DNA of 64,000 bases from Eledone cirrhosa (lineage: Eukaryota): contig OZ024741.1 in assembly GCA_964016885.1 (NCBI GenBank), positions 249,550,001-249,614,000 of the forward strand, given 5' to 3'. The position numbers and the translations under genes are program-made. Within the stretch, counting starts at the first letter, position 1. Every line of letters starts with the position of its first letter. Below, one piece after another: positions 9,901-24,100 of this stretch. The notes beneath the pieces were generated by a model, which was given only the letters and a program-made list of their open reading frames with translations, searched no databases and was not told the DNA's origin.

Positions 9901-12900
9901 GGGGAGATAATTTGTAAAAAAAAATCAGGGGGAGATAATTTGTAAAAAAATCAGGGGGAGATAATTTGTAAAAAAATCAGGGGGAGATAATTTGTAAAAA
10001 AAATCAGGGGGAGATAATTTGTAAAAAAAATCAGGGGGAGATAATTTGTAAAAAAAATCAGGGGGAGATAATTTGTAAAAAAAATCAGGGGTAGATAATT
10101 TTCAGCCCTCCAAGGGGAGATAATTTCCATCCTTCCAAGGGGAGATAATTTCCAGCCGTCCAAGGGGAGATAATTTCCCGCCAGCCAAGGAGAGATAACA
10201 TTTAAAAAAATCAGGCGGAGATAATTTGTAAAAAAAATCAGGGGGAGATAATTTGTAAAAAAATCAGGGGGAGATAATTTGTAAAAAAAATCAGGGGTAG
10301 ATAATTTCCAGCCGTCCAAGGGGAGATAATTTCCATCCTTCCAAGGGGAGATAATTTCCAGCCGTCCAAGGGGAGATAATTTCCCGCCAGCCAAGGAGAG
10401 ATAATATTTAAAAAAATCAGGCGGAGATAATTTGTAAAAAAAATCAGGGGGAGATAATTTGTAAAAAAATCAGGGGGAGATAATTTGTAAAAAAAAATCA
10501 GGGGGAGATAATTTGTAAAAAAAAAATCAGAGGGAGATAATTTGTAAAAAAATCAAGGGGAGATAATTTCCAGCCGTCCAAGGGGAGATAATTTTCAGCC
10601 GTCCAAGGAGAGGTAATTTCTAGCCGTCCAAGGGGAGATAATTTCCAGCCGTCCAAGGGGAGATAATATCCAGCCGTCCAAGGAGACATATTTTCCAGCC
10701 GTCCAAGGAGACGTAATTTCTAGCCGTCCAAGGGGAGATAAGTTCCAGCCTCCAAGGGGAGATAATTTCCAGCCAGCCAAGGGGAGATAATTTGTAAAAA
10801 AATTAGGGGGAGATAATTTGTAAAAAAAAATTAGGGGGAGATAATTTGTAAAAAAAAATCAGGGGGAGATAATTTGTAAAAAAAAATCAGGGGGAGATAA
10901 TTTGTAAAAAAAATCAAGGGGAGATAATTTCCAGCCGTCCAAGGGGAGATAATTTTTTAAAAAAAATCAGGCGGAGATAATTTGTAAACAAAAATCAGGG
11001 GGAGATAATTTTTTAAAAAAAATCAGGGGGAGATAATTTGTAAAAAAAAATCAGGGGGAGATAATTTGTAAAAAAAATCAAGGGGAGATAATTTCCAGCC
11101 GTCCAAGGGGAGGTAATATCTAGCCATCCAAGGGGAGATAATTTCCAGCCGTCCAAGGGGAGATAATATCCAGCCGTCCAAGGAGACATATTTTCCAGCC
11201 GTCCAAGGAGAGGTAATTTCTAGCCGTCCAAGGGGAGATAAGTTCCAGCCTCCAAGGGGAGATAATTTCCAGCCAGCCAAGGGGAGATAATTTGTAAAAA
11301 AATCAGGGGGGAGATAATTTGTAAAAAAAATCAGGGGGAGATAATTTGAAAAAAAAATCAGGGGGAGATAATTTGTAAAAAATATCAAGGGGAGATAATT
11401 TCCAGCCCTCCAAGGGGCTATAATTTCCAGCCGTGCAAGGGGAGATAATTTCCAGCCGTCCAAGGGGAGATAATTTCCATCCTTCCAAGGGGAGATAATT
11501 TCCAGCCGTCCAAGGGGAGATAATTTCCCGCCAGCCAAGGGAAGATAATTTTTTTAAAAATCAGGCGGAGATTGTAAAAAAAATCAGGGGGAGATAATTT
11601 GTAAAAAAATCAGGGGGAGATAATTTGTAAAAAAAAAATCAGGGGGAGATAATTTGTAAAAAAAAATCAGGGGGAGATAATTTGTAAAAAAAAATCAGGG
11701 GGAGATAATTTGTAAAAAAAATCAGGGGTAGATAATTTGTAAAAAAAATCAGGGGGAGATAATTTGTAAAAAAAATCAGGGGGAGATAATTTTCAGCCGT
11801 CCAAGGGGAGATAATTTCCATCCTTCCAAGGGGAGATAATTTCCAGCCGTCCAAGGGGAGATAATTTCCCGCCAGCCAAGGAGAGATAACATTTATAAAA
11901 ATCAGGCGGAGATAATTTGTAAAAAAATCAGGGGGAGATAATTTGTAAAAAAAATCAGGGGTAGATAATTTCCAGCCGTCCAAGGGGAGATAATTTCCAT
12001 CCTTCCAAGGGGAGATAATTTCCAGCCGTCCAAGGGGAGATAATTTCCCGCCAGCCAAGGAGAGATAATATTTAAAAAAATCAGGCGGAGATAATTTGTA
12101 AAAAAAATCAGGGGGAGATAATTTGTAAAAAAAAATCAGGGGGAGATAATTTGTAAAAAAAAATCAGGGGGAGATAATTTGTAAAAAAAATCAAGGGGAG
12201 ATAATTTGTAAAAAAAAATCAGGGGTAGATAATTTGTAAAAAAAAATCAGGGGGAGATAATTTGTAAAAAAAAAATCAAGGGGAGATAATTTCCAGCCGT
12301 CCAAGGGGAGATAATTTTCAGCCGTCCAAGGAGAGGTAATTTCTAGCCGTCCAAGGGGAGATAATTTCCAGCCAGCCAAGGGGAGATAATTTGTAAAAAA
12401 ATCAGGGGTAGATAATTTGTAAAAAAAAATCAGGGGGAGATAATTTGTAAAAAAAATCAGGGGGAGATAATTTGTAAAAAAAATCAGGGGTAGATAATTT
12501 CCAGCCGTCCAAGGGGAGATAATTTCCATCCTTCCAAGGGGAGATAATTTCCAGCCGTCCAAGGGGAGATAATTTCCCGCCAGCCAAGGAGAGATAACAT
12601 TTAAAAAAATCAGGCGGAGATAATTTGTAAAAAAAATCAGGGGGAGATAATTTGTAAAAAAATCAGGGGGAGATAATTTGTAAAAAAAATCAGGGGTAGA
12701 TAATTTCCAGCCGTCCAAGGGGAGATAATTTCCATCCTTCCAAGGGGAGATAATTTCCAGCCGTCCAAGGGGAGATAATTTCCCGCCAGCCAAGGAGAGA
12801 TAATATTTAAAAAAATCAGGCGGAGATAATTTGTAAAAAAAATCAGGGGGAGATAATTTGTAAAAAAATCAGGGGGAGATAATTTGTAAAAAAAAATCAG

Positions 12901-15900
12901 GGGAGATAATTTGTAAAAAAAATCAGGGGGAGATAATTTGTAAAAAAAAATCAGGGGTAGATAATTTGTAAAAAAAAATCAGGGGGAGATAATTTGTAAA
13001 AAAAAAATCAGGGGGAGATAATTTGTAAAAAAATCAAGGGGAGATAATTTCCAGCCGTCCAAAGGGAGATAATTTTCAGCCGTCCAAGGAGGTAATTTCT
13101 AGCCGTCCAAGGGGAGATAATTTCCAGCCGTCCAAGGGGAGATAATTTTTTTAAAAAAATCAGGCGGAGATAATTTGTAAACAAAAATCAGGGGGAGATA
13201 ATTTGTAAAAAAAAATCAGGGGGAGATAATTTGTAAAAAAAAATCAGGGGGAGATAATTTGTAAAAAAAATCAAGGGGAGATAATTTCCAGCCGTCCAAG
13301 GGGAGGTAATATCTAGCCATCCAAGGGGAGATAATTTCCAGCCGTCCAAGGGGAGATAATTTCCAGCCGTCCAAGGGGAGATAATATCCAGCCGTCCAAG
13401 GAGACATATTTTCCAGCCGTCCAAGGAGACGTAATTTCTAGCCGTCCAAGGGGAGATAAGTTCCAGCCTCCAAGGGGAGATAATTTCCAGCCAGCCAAGG
13501 GGAGATAATTTGTAAAAAAATTAGGGGGAGATAATTTGTAAAAAAAAATTAGGGGGAGATAATTTGTAAAAAAAAATCAGGGGGAGATAATTTGTAAAAA
13601 AAAATCAGGGGGAGATAATTTGTAAAAAAAATCAAGGGGAGATAATTTCCAGCCGTCCAAGGGGAGATAATTTTCAGCCGTCCAAGGAGAGGTAAATTCT
13701 AGCCGTCCAAGGAGATATAATTTCCAGCCGTCCAAGGGGAGATAATTTCCAGCCGTCCAAGGGGAGATAATTTTTAAAAAAAAATCAGGCGGAGATAATT
13801 TGTAAACAAAAATCAGGGGGAGATAATTTTTAAAAAAAATCAGGGGGAGATAATTTGTAAAAAAAATCAAGGGGAGATAATTTCCAGCCGTCCAAGGGGA
13901 GGTAATATCTAGCCATCCAAGGGGAGATAATTTCCAGCCGTCCAAGGGGAGATAATATCCAGCCGTCCAAGGAGACATATTTTCCAGCCGTCCAAGGAGA
14001 GGTAATTTCTAGCCGTCCAAGGGGAGATAAGTTCCAGCCTCCAAGGGGAGATAATTTCCAGCCAGCCAAGGGGAGATAATTTGTAAAAAAATCAGGGGGG
14101 AGATAATTTGTAAAAAAAATCAGGGGGAGATAATTTGTAAAAAATATCAAGGGGAGATAATTTCCAGCCCTCCAAGGGGCTATAATTTCCAGCCGTGCAA
14201 GGGGAGATAATTTCCAGCCGTCCAAGGGGAGATAATTTCCATCCTTCCAAGGGGAGATAATTTCCAGCCGTCCAAGGGGAGATAATTTCCCGCCAGCCAA
14301 GGGAAGATAATTTTTTTAAAAATCAGTCGGAGATTGTAAAAAAAATCAGGGGGAGATAATTTGTAAAAAAATCAGGGGGAGATAATTTGTAAAAAAAAAA
14401 TCAGGGGGAGATAATTTGTAAAAAAAAATCAGGGGGAGATAATTTGTAAAAAAAATCAGGGGGAGATAATTTGTAAAAAAAATCAGGGGTAGATAATTTG
14501 TAAAAAAAATCAGGGGGAGATAATTTGTAAAAAAAATCAGGGGGAGATAATTTGTAAAAAAAATCAGGGGTAGATAATTTTCAGCCGTCCAAGGGGAGAT
14601 AATTTCCATCCTTCCAAGGGGAGATAATTTCCAGCCGTCCAAGGGGAGATAATTTCCCGCCAGCCAAGGAGAGATAACATTTAAAAAAATCAGGCGGAGA
14701 TAATTTGTAAAAAAATCAGGGGGAGATAATTTGTAAAAAAAATCAGGGGTAGATAATTTCCAGCCGTCCAAGGGGAGATAATTTCCATCCTTCCAAGGGG
14801 AGATAATTTCCAGCCGTCCAAGGGGAGATAATTTCCCGCCAGCCAAGGAGAGATAATATTTAAAAAAATCAGGCGGAGATAATTTGTAAAAAAAATCAGG
14901 GGGAGATAATTTGTAAAAAAAAATCAGGGGGAGATAATTTGTAAAAAAAAATCAGGGGGAGATAATTTGTAAAAAAAATCAAGGGGAGATAATTTGTAAA
15001 AAAAAATCAGGGGTAGATAATTTGTAAAAAAAAATCAGGGGGAGATAATTTGTAAAAAAAAAATCAAGGGGAGATAATTTCCAGCCGTCCAAGGGGAGAT
15101 AATTTTCAGCCGTCCAAGGAGAGGTAATTTCTAGCCGTCCAAGGGGAGATAATTTCCAGCCAGCCAAGGGGAGATAATTTGTAAAAAAATCAGGGGTAGA
15201 TAATTTGTAAAAAAAAATCAGGGGGAGATAATTTGTAAAAAAAATCAGGGGGAGATAATTTGTAAAAAAAATCAGGGGTAGATAATTTCCAGCCGTCCAA
15301 GGGGAGATAATTTCCATCCTTCCAAGGGGAGATAATTTCCAGCCGTCCAAGGGGAGATAATTTCCCGCCAGCCAAGGAGAGATAACATTTAAAAAAATCA
15401 GGCGGAGATAATTTGTAAAAAAAATCAGGGGGAGATAATTTGTAAAAAAATCAGGGGGAGATAATTTGTAAAAAAAATCAGGGGTAGATAATTTCCAGCC
15501 GTCCAAGGGGAGATAATTTCCATCCTTCCAAGGGGAGATAATTTCCAGCCGTCCAAGGGGAGATAATTTCCCGCCAGCCAAGGAGAGATAATATTTAAAA
15601 AAATCAGGCGGAGATAATTTGTAAAAAAAATCAGGGGGAGATAATTTGTAAAAAAATCAGGGGGAGATAATTTGTAAAAAAAAATCAGGGGAGATAATTT
15701 GTAAAAAAAATCAGGGGGAGATAATTTGTAAAAAAAAATCAGGGGTAGATAATTTGTAAAAAAAAATCAGGGGGAGATAATTTGTAAAAAAAAAATCAGG
15801 GGGAGATAATTTGTAAAAAAATCAAGGGGAGATAATTTCCAGCCGTCCAAAGGGAGATAATTTTCAGCCGTCCAAGGAGGTAATTTCTAGCCGTCCAAGG

Positions 15901-17299
15901 GGAGATAATTTCCAGCCGTCCAAGGGGAGATAATTTTTTTAAAAAAATCAGGCGGAGATAATTTGTAAACAAAAATCAGGGGGAGATAATTTGTAAAAAA
16001 AAATCAGGGGGAGATAATTTGTAAAAAAAATCAGGGGGAGATAATTTGTAAAAAAAATCAAGGGGAGATAATTTCCAGCCGTCCAAGGGGAGGTAATATC
16101 TAGCCATCCAAGGGGAGATAATTTCCAGCCGTCCAAGGGGAGATAATTTCCAGCCGTCCAAGGGGAGATAATATCCAGCCGTCCAAGGAGACATATTTTC
16201 CAGCCGTCCAAGGAGAGGTAATTTCTAGCCGTCCAAGGGGAGATAAGTTCCAGCCTCCAAGGGGAGATAATTTCCAGCCAGCCAAGGGGAGATAATTTGT
16301 AAAAAAATCAGGGGGAGATAATTTGTAAAAAAAAAATCAGGGGGAGATAATTTGTAAAAAAATCAGGGGGAGATAATTTGTAAAAAAAAAATCAGGGGGA
16401 GATAATTTGTAAAAAAAATCAGGGGGAGATAATTTGTAAAAAAAATCAGGGGTAGATAATTTGTAAAAAAAATCAGGGGGAGATAATTTGTAAAAAAAAT
16501 CAGGGGGAGATAATTTGTAAAAAAAATCAGGGGTAGATAATTTTCAGCCCTCCAAGGGGAGATAATTTCCATCCTTCCAAGGGGAGATAATTTCCAGCCG
16601 TCCAAGGGGAGATAATTTCCCGCCAGCCAAGGAGAGATAACATTTAAAAAAATCAGGCGGAGATAATTTGTAAAAAAAATCAGGGGGAGATAATTTGTAA
16701 AAAAATCAGGGGGAGATAATTTGTAAAAAAAATCAGGGGTAGATAATTTCCAGCCGTCCAAGGGGAGATAATTTCCATCCTTCCAAGGGGAGATAATTTC
16801 CAGCCGTCCAAGGGGAGATAATTTCCCGCCAGCCAAGGAGAGATAATATTTAAAAAAATCAGGCGGAGATAATTTGTAAAAAAAAATCAGGGGGAGATAA
16901 TTTGTAAAAAAATCAGGGGGAGATAATTTGTAAAAAAAAATCAGGGGGAGATAATTTGTAAAAAAAATCAGGGGGAGATAATTTGTAAAAAAAAATCAGG
17001 GGTAGATAATTTGTAAAAAAAAATCAGGGGGAGATAATTTGTAAAAAAAAATCAGGGGGAGATAATTTGTAAAAAAATCAAGGGGAGATAATTTCCAGCC
17101 GTCCAAGGGGAGATAATTTTCAGCCGTCCAAGGAGAGGTAATTTCTAGCCGTCCAAGGGGAGATAATTTCCAGCCGTCCATTGGGAGATAATTTTTTTTA
17201 AAAAATCAGGCGGAGATAATTTGTAAACAAAAATCAGGGGGAGATAATTTGTAAAAAAAAATCAGGGGGAGATAATTTGTAAAAAAAAATCAGGGGGAG

Positions 17300-20200
17300 A
17301 TAATTTGTAAAAAAAATCAAGGGGAGGTAATTTCCAGCCGTCCAAGGGGAGGTAATATCTAGCCATCCAAGGGGAGATAATTTCCAGCCGTCCAAGGGGA
17401 GATAATTTCCAGCCGTCCAAGGGGAGATAATATCCAGCCGTCCAAGGAGACATATTTTCCAGCCGTCCAAGGAGAGGTAATTTCTAGCCGTCCAAGGGGA
17501 GATAAGTTCCAGCCTCCAAGGGGAGATAATTTCCAGCCAGCCAAGGGGAGATAATTTGTAAAAAAATCAGGGGGAGATAATTTGTAAAAAAAAATCAGGG
17601 GGAGATAATTTGTAAAAAAATCAGGGGGAGATAATTTGTAAAAAAAAATCAGGGGGAGATAATTTGTAAAAAAAATCAGGGGGAGATAATTTGTAAAAAA
17701 AATCAGGGGTAGATAATTTGTAAAAAAAATCAGGGGGAGATAATTTGTAAAAAAAATCAGGGGGAGATAATTTGTAAAAAAAATCAGGGGTAGATAATTT
17801 TCAGCCGTCCAAGGGGAGATAATTTCCATCCTTCCAAGGGGAGATAATTTCCAGCCGTCCAAGGGGAGATAATTTCCCGCCAGCCAAGGAGAGATAACAT
17901 TTAAAAAAATCAGGCGGAGATAATTTGTAAAAAAAATCAGGGGGAGATAATTTGTAAAAAAATCAGGGGGAGATAATTTGTAAAAAAAATCAGGGGTAGA
18001 TAATTTCCAGCCGTCCAAGGGGAGATAATTTCCATCCTTCCAAGGGGAGATAATTTCCAGCCGTCCAAGGGGATATAATTTCCCGCCAGCCAAGGAGAGA
18101 TAACATTTAAAAAAATCAGGCGGAGATAATTTGTAAAAAAATCAGGGGGAGATAATTTGTAAAAAAAATCAGGGGTAGATAATTTCCAGCCGTCCAAGGG
18201 GAGATAATTTCCATCCTTCCAAGGGGAGATAATTTCCAGCCGTCCAAGGGGAGATAATTTCCCGCCAGCCAAGGAGAGATAATATTTAAAAAAATCAGGC
18301 GGAGATAATTTGTAAAAAAAATCAGGGGGAGATAATTTGTAAAAAAAAATCAGGGGGAGATAATTTGTAAAAAAAAATCAGGGGGAGATAATTTGTAAAA
18401 AAAATCAAGGGGAGATAATTTGTAAAAAAAAATCAGGGGTAGATAATTTGTAAAAAAAAATCAGGGGGAGATAATTTGTAAAAAAAAAATCAGGGGGAGA
18501 TAATTTGTAAAAAAATCAAGGGGAGATAATTTCCAGCCATCCAAGGGGAGATAATTTTCAGCCGTCCAAGGAGAGGTAATTTCTAGCCGTCCAAGGGGAG
18601 ATAATTTCCAGCCAGCCAAGGGGAGATAATTTGTAAAAAAATCAGGGGTAGATAATTTGTAAAAAAAAATCAGGGGGAGATAATTTGTAAAAAAAATCAG
18701 GGGGAGATAATTTGTAAAAAAAATCAGGGGTAGATAATTTCCAGCCGTCCAAGGGGAGATAATTTCCATCCTTCCAAGGGGAGATAATTTCCAGCCGTCC
18801 AAGGGGAGATAATTTCCCGCCAGCCAAGGAGAGATAACATTTAAAAAAATCAGGCGGAGATAATTTGTAAAAAAAATCAGAGGGAGATAATTTGTAAAAA
18901 AATCAGGGGGAGATAATTTGTAAAAAAAATCAGGGGTAGATAATTTCCAGCCGTCCAAGGGGAGATAATTTCCATCCTTCCAAGGGGAGATAATTTCCAG
19001 CCGTCCAAGGGGAGATAATTTCCCGCCAGCCAAGGAGAGATAATATTTAAAAAAATCAGGCGGAGATAATTTGTAAAAAAAATCAGGGGGAGATAATTTG
19101 TAAAAAAATCAGGGGGAGATAATTTGTAAAAAAAAATCAGGGGAGATAATTTGTAAAAAAAATCAGGGGGAGATAATTTGTAAAAAAAAATCAGGGGTAG
19201 ATAATTTGTAAAAAAAAATCAGGGGGAGATAATTTGTAAAAAAAAAATCAGGGGGAGATAATTTGTAAAAAAATCAAGGGGAGATAATTTCCAGCCGTCC
19301 AAAGGGAGATAATTTTCAGCCGTCCAAGGAGGTAATTTCTAGCCGTCCAAGGGGAGATAATTTCCAGCCGTCCAAGGGGAGATAATTTTTTTAAAAAAAT
19401 CAGGCGGACATAATTTGTAAACAAAAATCAGGGGGAGATAATTTGTAAAAAAAAATCAGGGGGAGATAATTTGTAAAAAAAAATCAGGGGGAGATAATTT
19501 GTAAAAAAAATCAAGGGGAGATAATTTCCAGCCGTCCAAGGGGAGGTAATATCTAGCCATCCAAGGGGAGATAATTTCCAGCCGTCCAAGGGGAGATAAT
19601 TTCCAGCCGTCCAAGGGGAGATAATATCCAGCCGTCCAAGGAGACATATTTTCCAGCCGTCCAAGGAGAGGTAATTTCTAGCCGTCCAAGGGGAGATAAG
19701 TTCCAGCCTCCAAGGGGAGATAATTTCCAGCCAGCCAAGGGGAGATAATTTGTAAAAAAATCAGGGGGAGATAATTTGTAAAATAAAAATCAGGGGGAGA
19801 TAATTTGTAAAAAAATCAGGGGGAGATAATTTGTAAAAAAAAAATCAGGGGGAGATAATTTGTAAAAAAAATCAGGGGGAGATAATTTGTAAAAAAAATC
19901 AGGGGTAGATAATTTGTAAAAAAAATCAGGGGGAGATAATTTGTAAAAAAAATCAGGGGGAGATAATTTGTAAAAAAAATCAGGGGTAGATAATTTTCAG
20001 CCCTCCAAGGGGAGATAATTTCCATCCTTCCAAGGGGAGATAATTTCCAGCCGTCCAAGGGGAGATAATTTCCCGCCAGCCAAGGAGAGATAACATTTAA
20101 AAAAATCAGGCGGAGATAATTTGTAAAAAAAATCAGGGGGAGATAATTTGTAAAAAAATCAGGGGGAGATAATTTGTAAAAAAAATCAGGGGTAGATAAT

Positions 20201-23200
20201 TTCCAGCCGTCCAAGGGGAGATAATTTCCATCCTTCCAAGGGGAGATAATTTCCAGCCGTCCAAGGGGAGATAATTTCCCGCCAGCCAAGGAGAGATAAT
20301 ATTTAAAAAAATCAGGCGGAGATAATTTGTAAAAAAAATCAGGGGGAGATAATTTGTAAAAAAATCAGGGGGAGATAATTTGTAAAAAAAAATCAGGGGG
20401 AGATAATTTGTGAAAAAAATCAGGGGGAGATAATTTGTAAAAAAAAATCAGGGGTAGATAATTTGTAAAAAAAAATCAGGGGGAGATAATTTGTAAAAAA
20501 AAATCAGGGGGAGATAATTTGTAAAAAAATCAAGGGGAGATAATTTCCAGCCGTCCAAGGGGAGATAATTTTCAGCCGTCCAAGGAGAGGTAATTTCTAG
20601 CCGTCCAAGGGGAGATAATTTTTTTAAAAAAATCAGGCGGAGATAATTTGTAAACAAAAATCAGGGGGAGATAATTTGTAAAAAAAAATCAGGGGGAGAT
20701 AATTTGTAAAAAAAATCAAGGGGAGATAATTTCCAGCCGTCCAAGGGGAGGTAATATCTAGCCATCCAAGGGGAGATAATTTCCAGCCGTCCAAGGGGAG
20801 ATAATTTCCAGCCGTCCAAGGGGAGATAATATCCAGCCGTCCAAGGAGACATATTTTCCAGCCGTCCAAGGAGAGGTAATTTCTAGCCGTCCAAGGGGAG
20901 ATAAGTTCCAGCCTCCAAGGGGAGATAATTTCCAGCCAGCCAAGGGGAGATAATTTGTAAAAAAATCAGGGGGAGATAATTTGTAAAAAAAAATCAGGGG
21001 GAGATAATTTGTAAAAAAATCAGGGGGAGATAATTTGTAAAAAAAAATCAGGGGGAGATAATTTGTAAAAAAAATCAGGGGGAGATAATTTGTAAAAAAA
21101 ATCAGGGGTAGATAATTTGTAAAAAAAATCAGGGGGAGATAATTTGTAAAAAAAATCAGGGGGAGATAATTTGTAAAAAAAATCAGGGGTAGATAATTTT
21201 CAGCCGTCCAAGGGGAGATAATTTCCATCCTTCCAAGGGGAGATAATTTCCAGCCGTCCAAGGGGAGATAATTTCCCGCCAGCCAAGGAGAGATAACATT
21301 TAAAAAAATCAGGCGGAGATAATTTGTAAAAAAAATCAGGGGGAGATAATTTGTAAAAAAATCAGGGGGAGATAATTTGTAAAAAAAATCAGGGGTAGAT
21401 AATTTCCAGCCGTCCAAGGGGAGATAATTTCCATCCTTCCAAGGGGAGATAATTTCCAGCCGTCCAAGGGGATATAATTTCCCGCCAGCCAAGGAGAGAT
21501 AACATTTAAAAAAATCAGGCGGAGATAATTTGTAAAAAAATCAGGGGGAGATAATTTGTAAAAAAAATCAGGGGTAGATAATTTCCAGCCGTCCAAGGGG
21601 AGATAATTTCCATCCTTCCAAGGGGAGATAATTTCCAGCCGTCCAAGGGGAGATAATTTCCCGCCAGCCAAGGAGAGATAATATTTAAAAAAATCAGGCG
21701 GAGATAATTTGTAAAAAAAATCAGGGGGAGATAATTTGTAAAAAAAAATCAGGGGGAGATAATTTGTAAAAAAAAATCAGGGGGAGATAATTTGTAAAAA
21801 AAATCAAGGGGAGATAATTTGTAAAAAAAAATCAGGGGTAGATAATTTGTAAAAAAAAATCAGGGGGAGATAATTTGTAAAAAAAAAATCAGGGGGAGAT
21901 AATTTGTAAAAAAATCAAGGGGAGATAATTTCCAGCCATCCAAGGGGAGATAATTTTCAGCCGTCCAAGGAGAGGTAATTTCTAGCCGTCCAAGGGGAGA
22001 TAATTTCCAGCCAGCCAAGGGGAGATAATTTGTAAAAAAATCAGGGGTAGATAATTTGTAAAAAAAAATCAGGGGGAGATAATTTGTAAAAAAAATCAGG
22101 GGGAGATAATTTGTAAAAAAAATCAGGGGTAGATAATTTCCAGCCGTCCAAGGGGAGATAATTTCCATCCTTCCAAGGGGAGATAATTTCCAGCCGTCCA
22201 AGGGGAGATAATTTCCCGCCAGCCAAGGAGAGATAACATTTAAAAAAATCAGGCGGAGATAATTTGTAAAAAAAATCAGAGGGAGATAATTTGTAAAAAA
22301 ATCAGGGGGAGATAATTTGTAAAAAAAATCAGGGGTAGATAATTTCCAGCCGTCCAAGGGGAGATAATTTCCATCCTTCCAAGGGGAGATAATTTCCAGC
22401 CGTCCAAGGGGAGATAATTTCCCGCCAGCCAAGGAGAGATAATATTTAAAAAAATCAGGCGGAGATAATTTGTAAAAAAAATCAGGGGGAGATAATTTGT
22501 AAAAAAATCAGGGGGAGATAATTTGTAAAAAAAAATCAGGGGAGATAATTTGTAAAAAAAATCAGGGGGAGATAATTTGTAAAAAAAAATCAGGGGTAGA
22601 TAATTTGTAAAAAAAAATCAGGGGGAGATAATTTGTAAAAAAAAAATCAGGGGGAGATAATTTGTAAAAAAATCAAGGGGAGATAATTTCCAGCCGTCCA
22701 AAGGGAGATAATTTTCAGCCGTCCAAGGAGGTAATTTCTAGCCGTCCAAGGGGAGATAATTTCCAGCCGTCCAAGGGGAGATAATTTTTTTAAAAAAATC
22801 AGGCGGACATAATTTGTAAACAAAAATCAGGGGGAGATAATTTGTAAAAAAAAATCAGGGGGAGATAATTTGTAAAAAAAAATCAGGGGGAGATAATTTG
22901 TAAAAAAAATCAAGGGGAGATAATTTCCAGCCGTCCAAGGGGAGGTAATATCTAGCCATCCAAGGGGAGATAATTTCCAGCCGTCCAAGGGGAGATAATT
23001 TCCAGCCGTCCAAGGGGAGATAATATCCAGCCGTCCAAGGAGACATATTTTCCAGCCGTCCAAGGAGAGGTAATTTCTAGCCGTCCAAGGGGAGATAAGT
23101 TCCAGCCTCCAAGGGGAGATAATTTCCAGCCAGCCAAGGGGAGATAATTTGTAAAAAAATCAGGGGGAGATAATTTGTAAAATAAAAATCAGGGGGAGAT

Positions 23201-24100
23201 AATTTGTAAAAAAATCAGGGGGAGATAATTTGTAAAAAAAAAATCAGGGGGAGATAATTTGTAAAAAAAATCAGGGGGAGATAATTTGTAAAAAAAATCA
23301 GGGGTAGATAATTTGTAAAAAAAATCAGGGGGAGATAATTTGTAAAAAAAATCAGGGGGAGATAATTTGTAAAAAAAATCAGGGGTAGATAATTTTCAGC
23401 CCTCCAAGGGGAGATAATTTCCATCCTTCCAAGGGGAGATAATTTCCAGCCGTCCAAGGGGAGATAATTTCCCGCCAGCCAAGGAGAGATAACATTTAAA
23501 AAAATCAGGCGGAGATAATTTGTAAAAAAAATCAGGGGGAGATAATTTGTAAAAAAATCAGGGGGAGATAATTTGTAAAAAAAATCAGGGGTAGATAATT
23601 TCCAGCCGTCCAAGGGGAGATAATTTCCATCCTTCCAAGGGGAGATAATTTCCAGCCGTCCAAGGGGAGATAATTTCCCGCCAGCCAAGGAGAGATAATA
23701 TTTAAAAAAATCAGGCGGAGATAATTTGTAAAAAAAATCAGGGGGAGATAATTTGTAAAAAAATCAGGGGGAGATAATTTGTAAAAAAAAATCAGGGGGA
23801 GATAATTTGTGAAAAAAATCAGGGGGAGATAATTTGTAAAAAAAAATCAGGGGTAGATAATTTGTAAAAAAAAATCAGGGGGAGATAATTTGTAAAAAAA
23901 AATCAGGGGGAGATAATTTGTAAAAAAATCAAGGGGAGATAATTTCCAGCCGTCCAAGGGGAGATAATTTTCAGCCGTCCAAGGAGAGGTAATTTCTAGC
24001 CGTCCAAGGGGAGATAATTTTTTTAAAAAAATCAGGCGGAGATAATTTGTAAACAAAAATCAGGGGGAGATAATTTGTAAAAAAAAATCAGGGGGAGATA
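17300..24100 (+). repeat. 3399-bp near-identical tandem duplication
   Basis: Constant offset of 3399 for ORFs 17359->20758, 18461->21860, 19816->23215 and 20448->23847. Shared variants: GGCGGACATA (19403/22802), AAAATAAAAA and TGTGAAAA. Confidence 0.93.
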
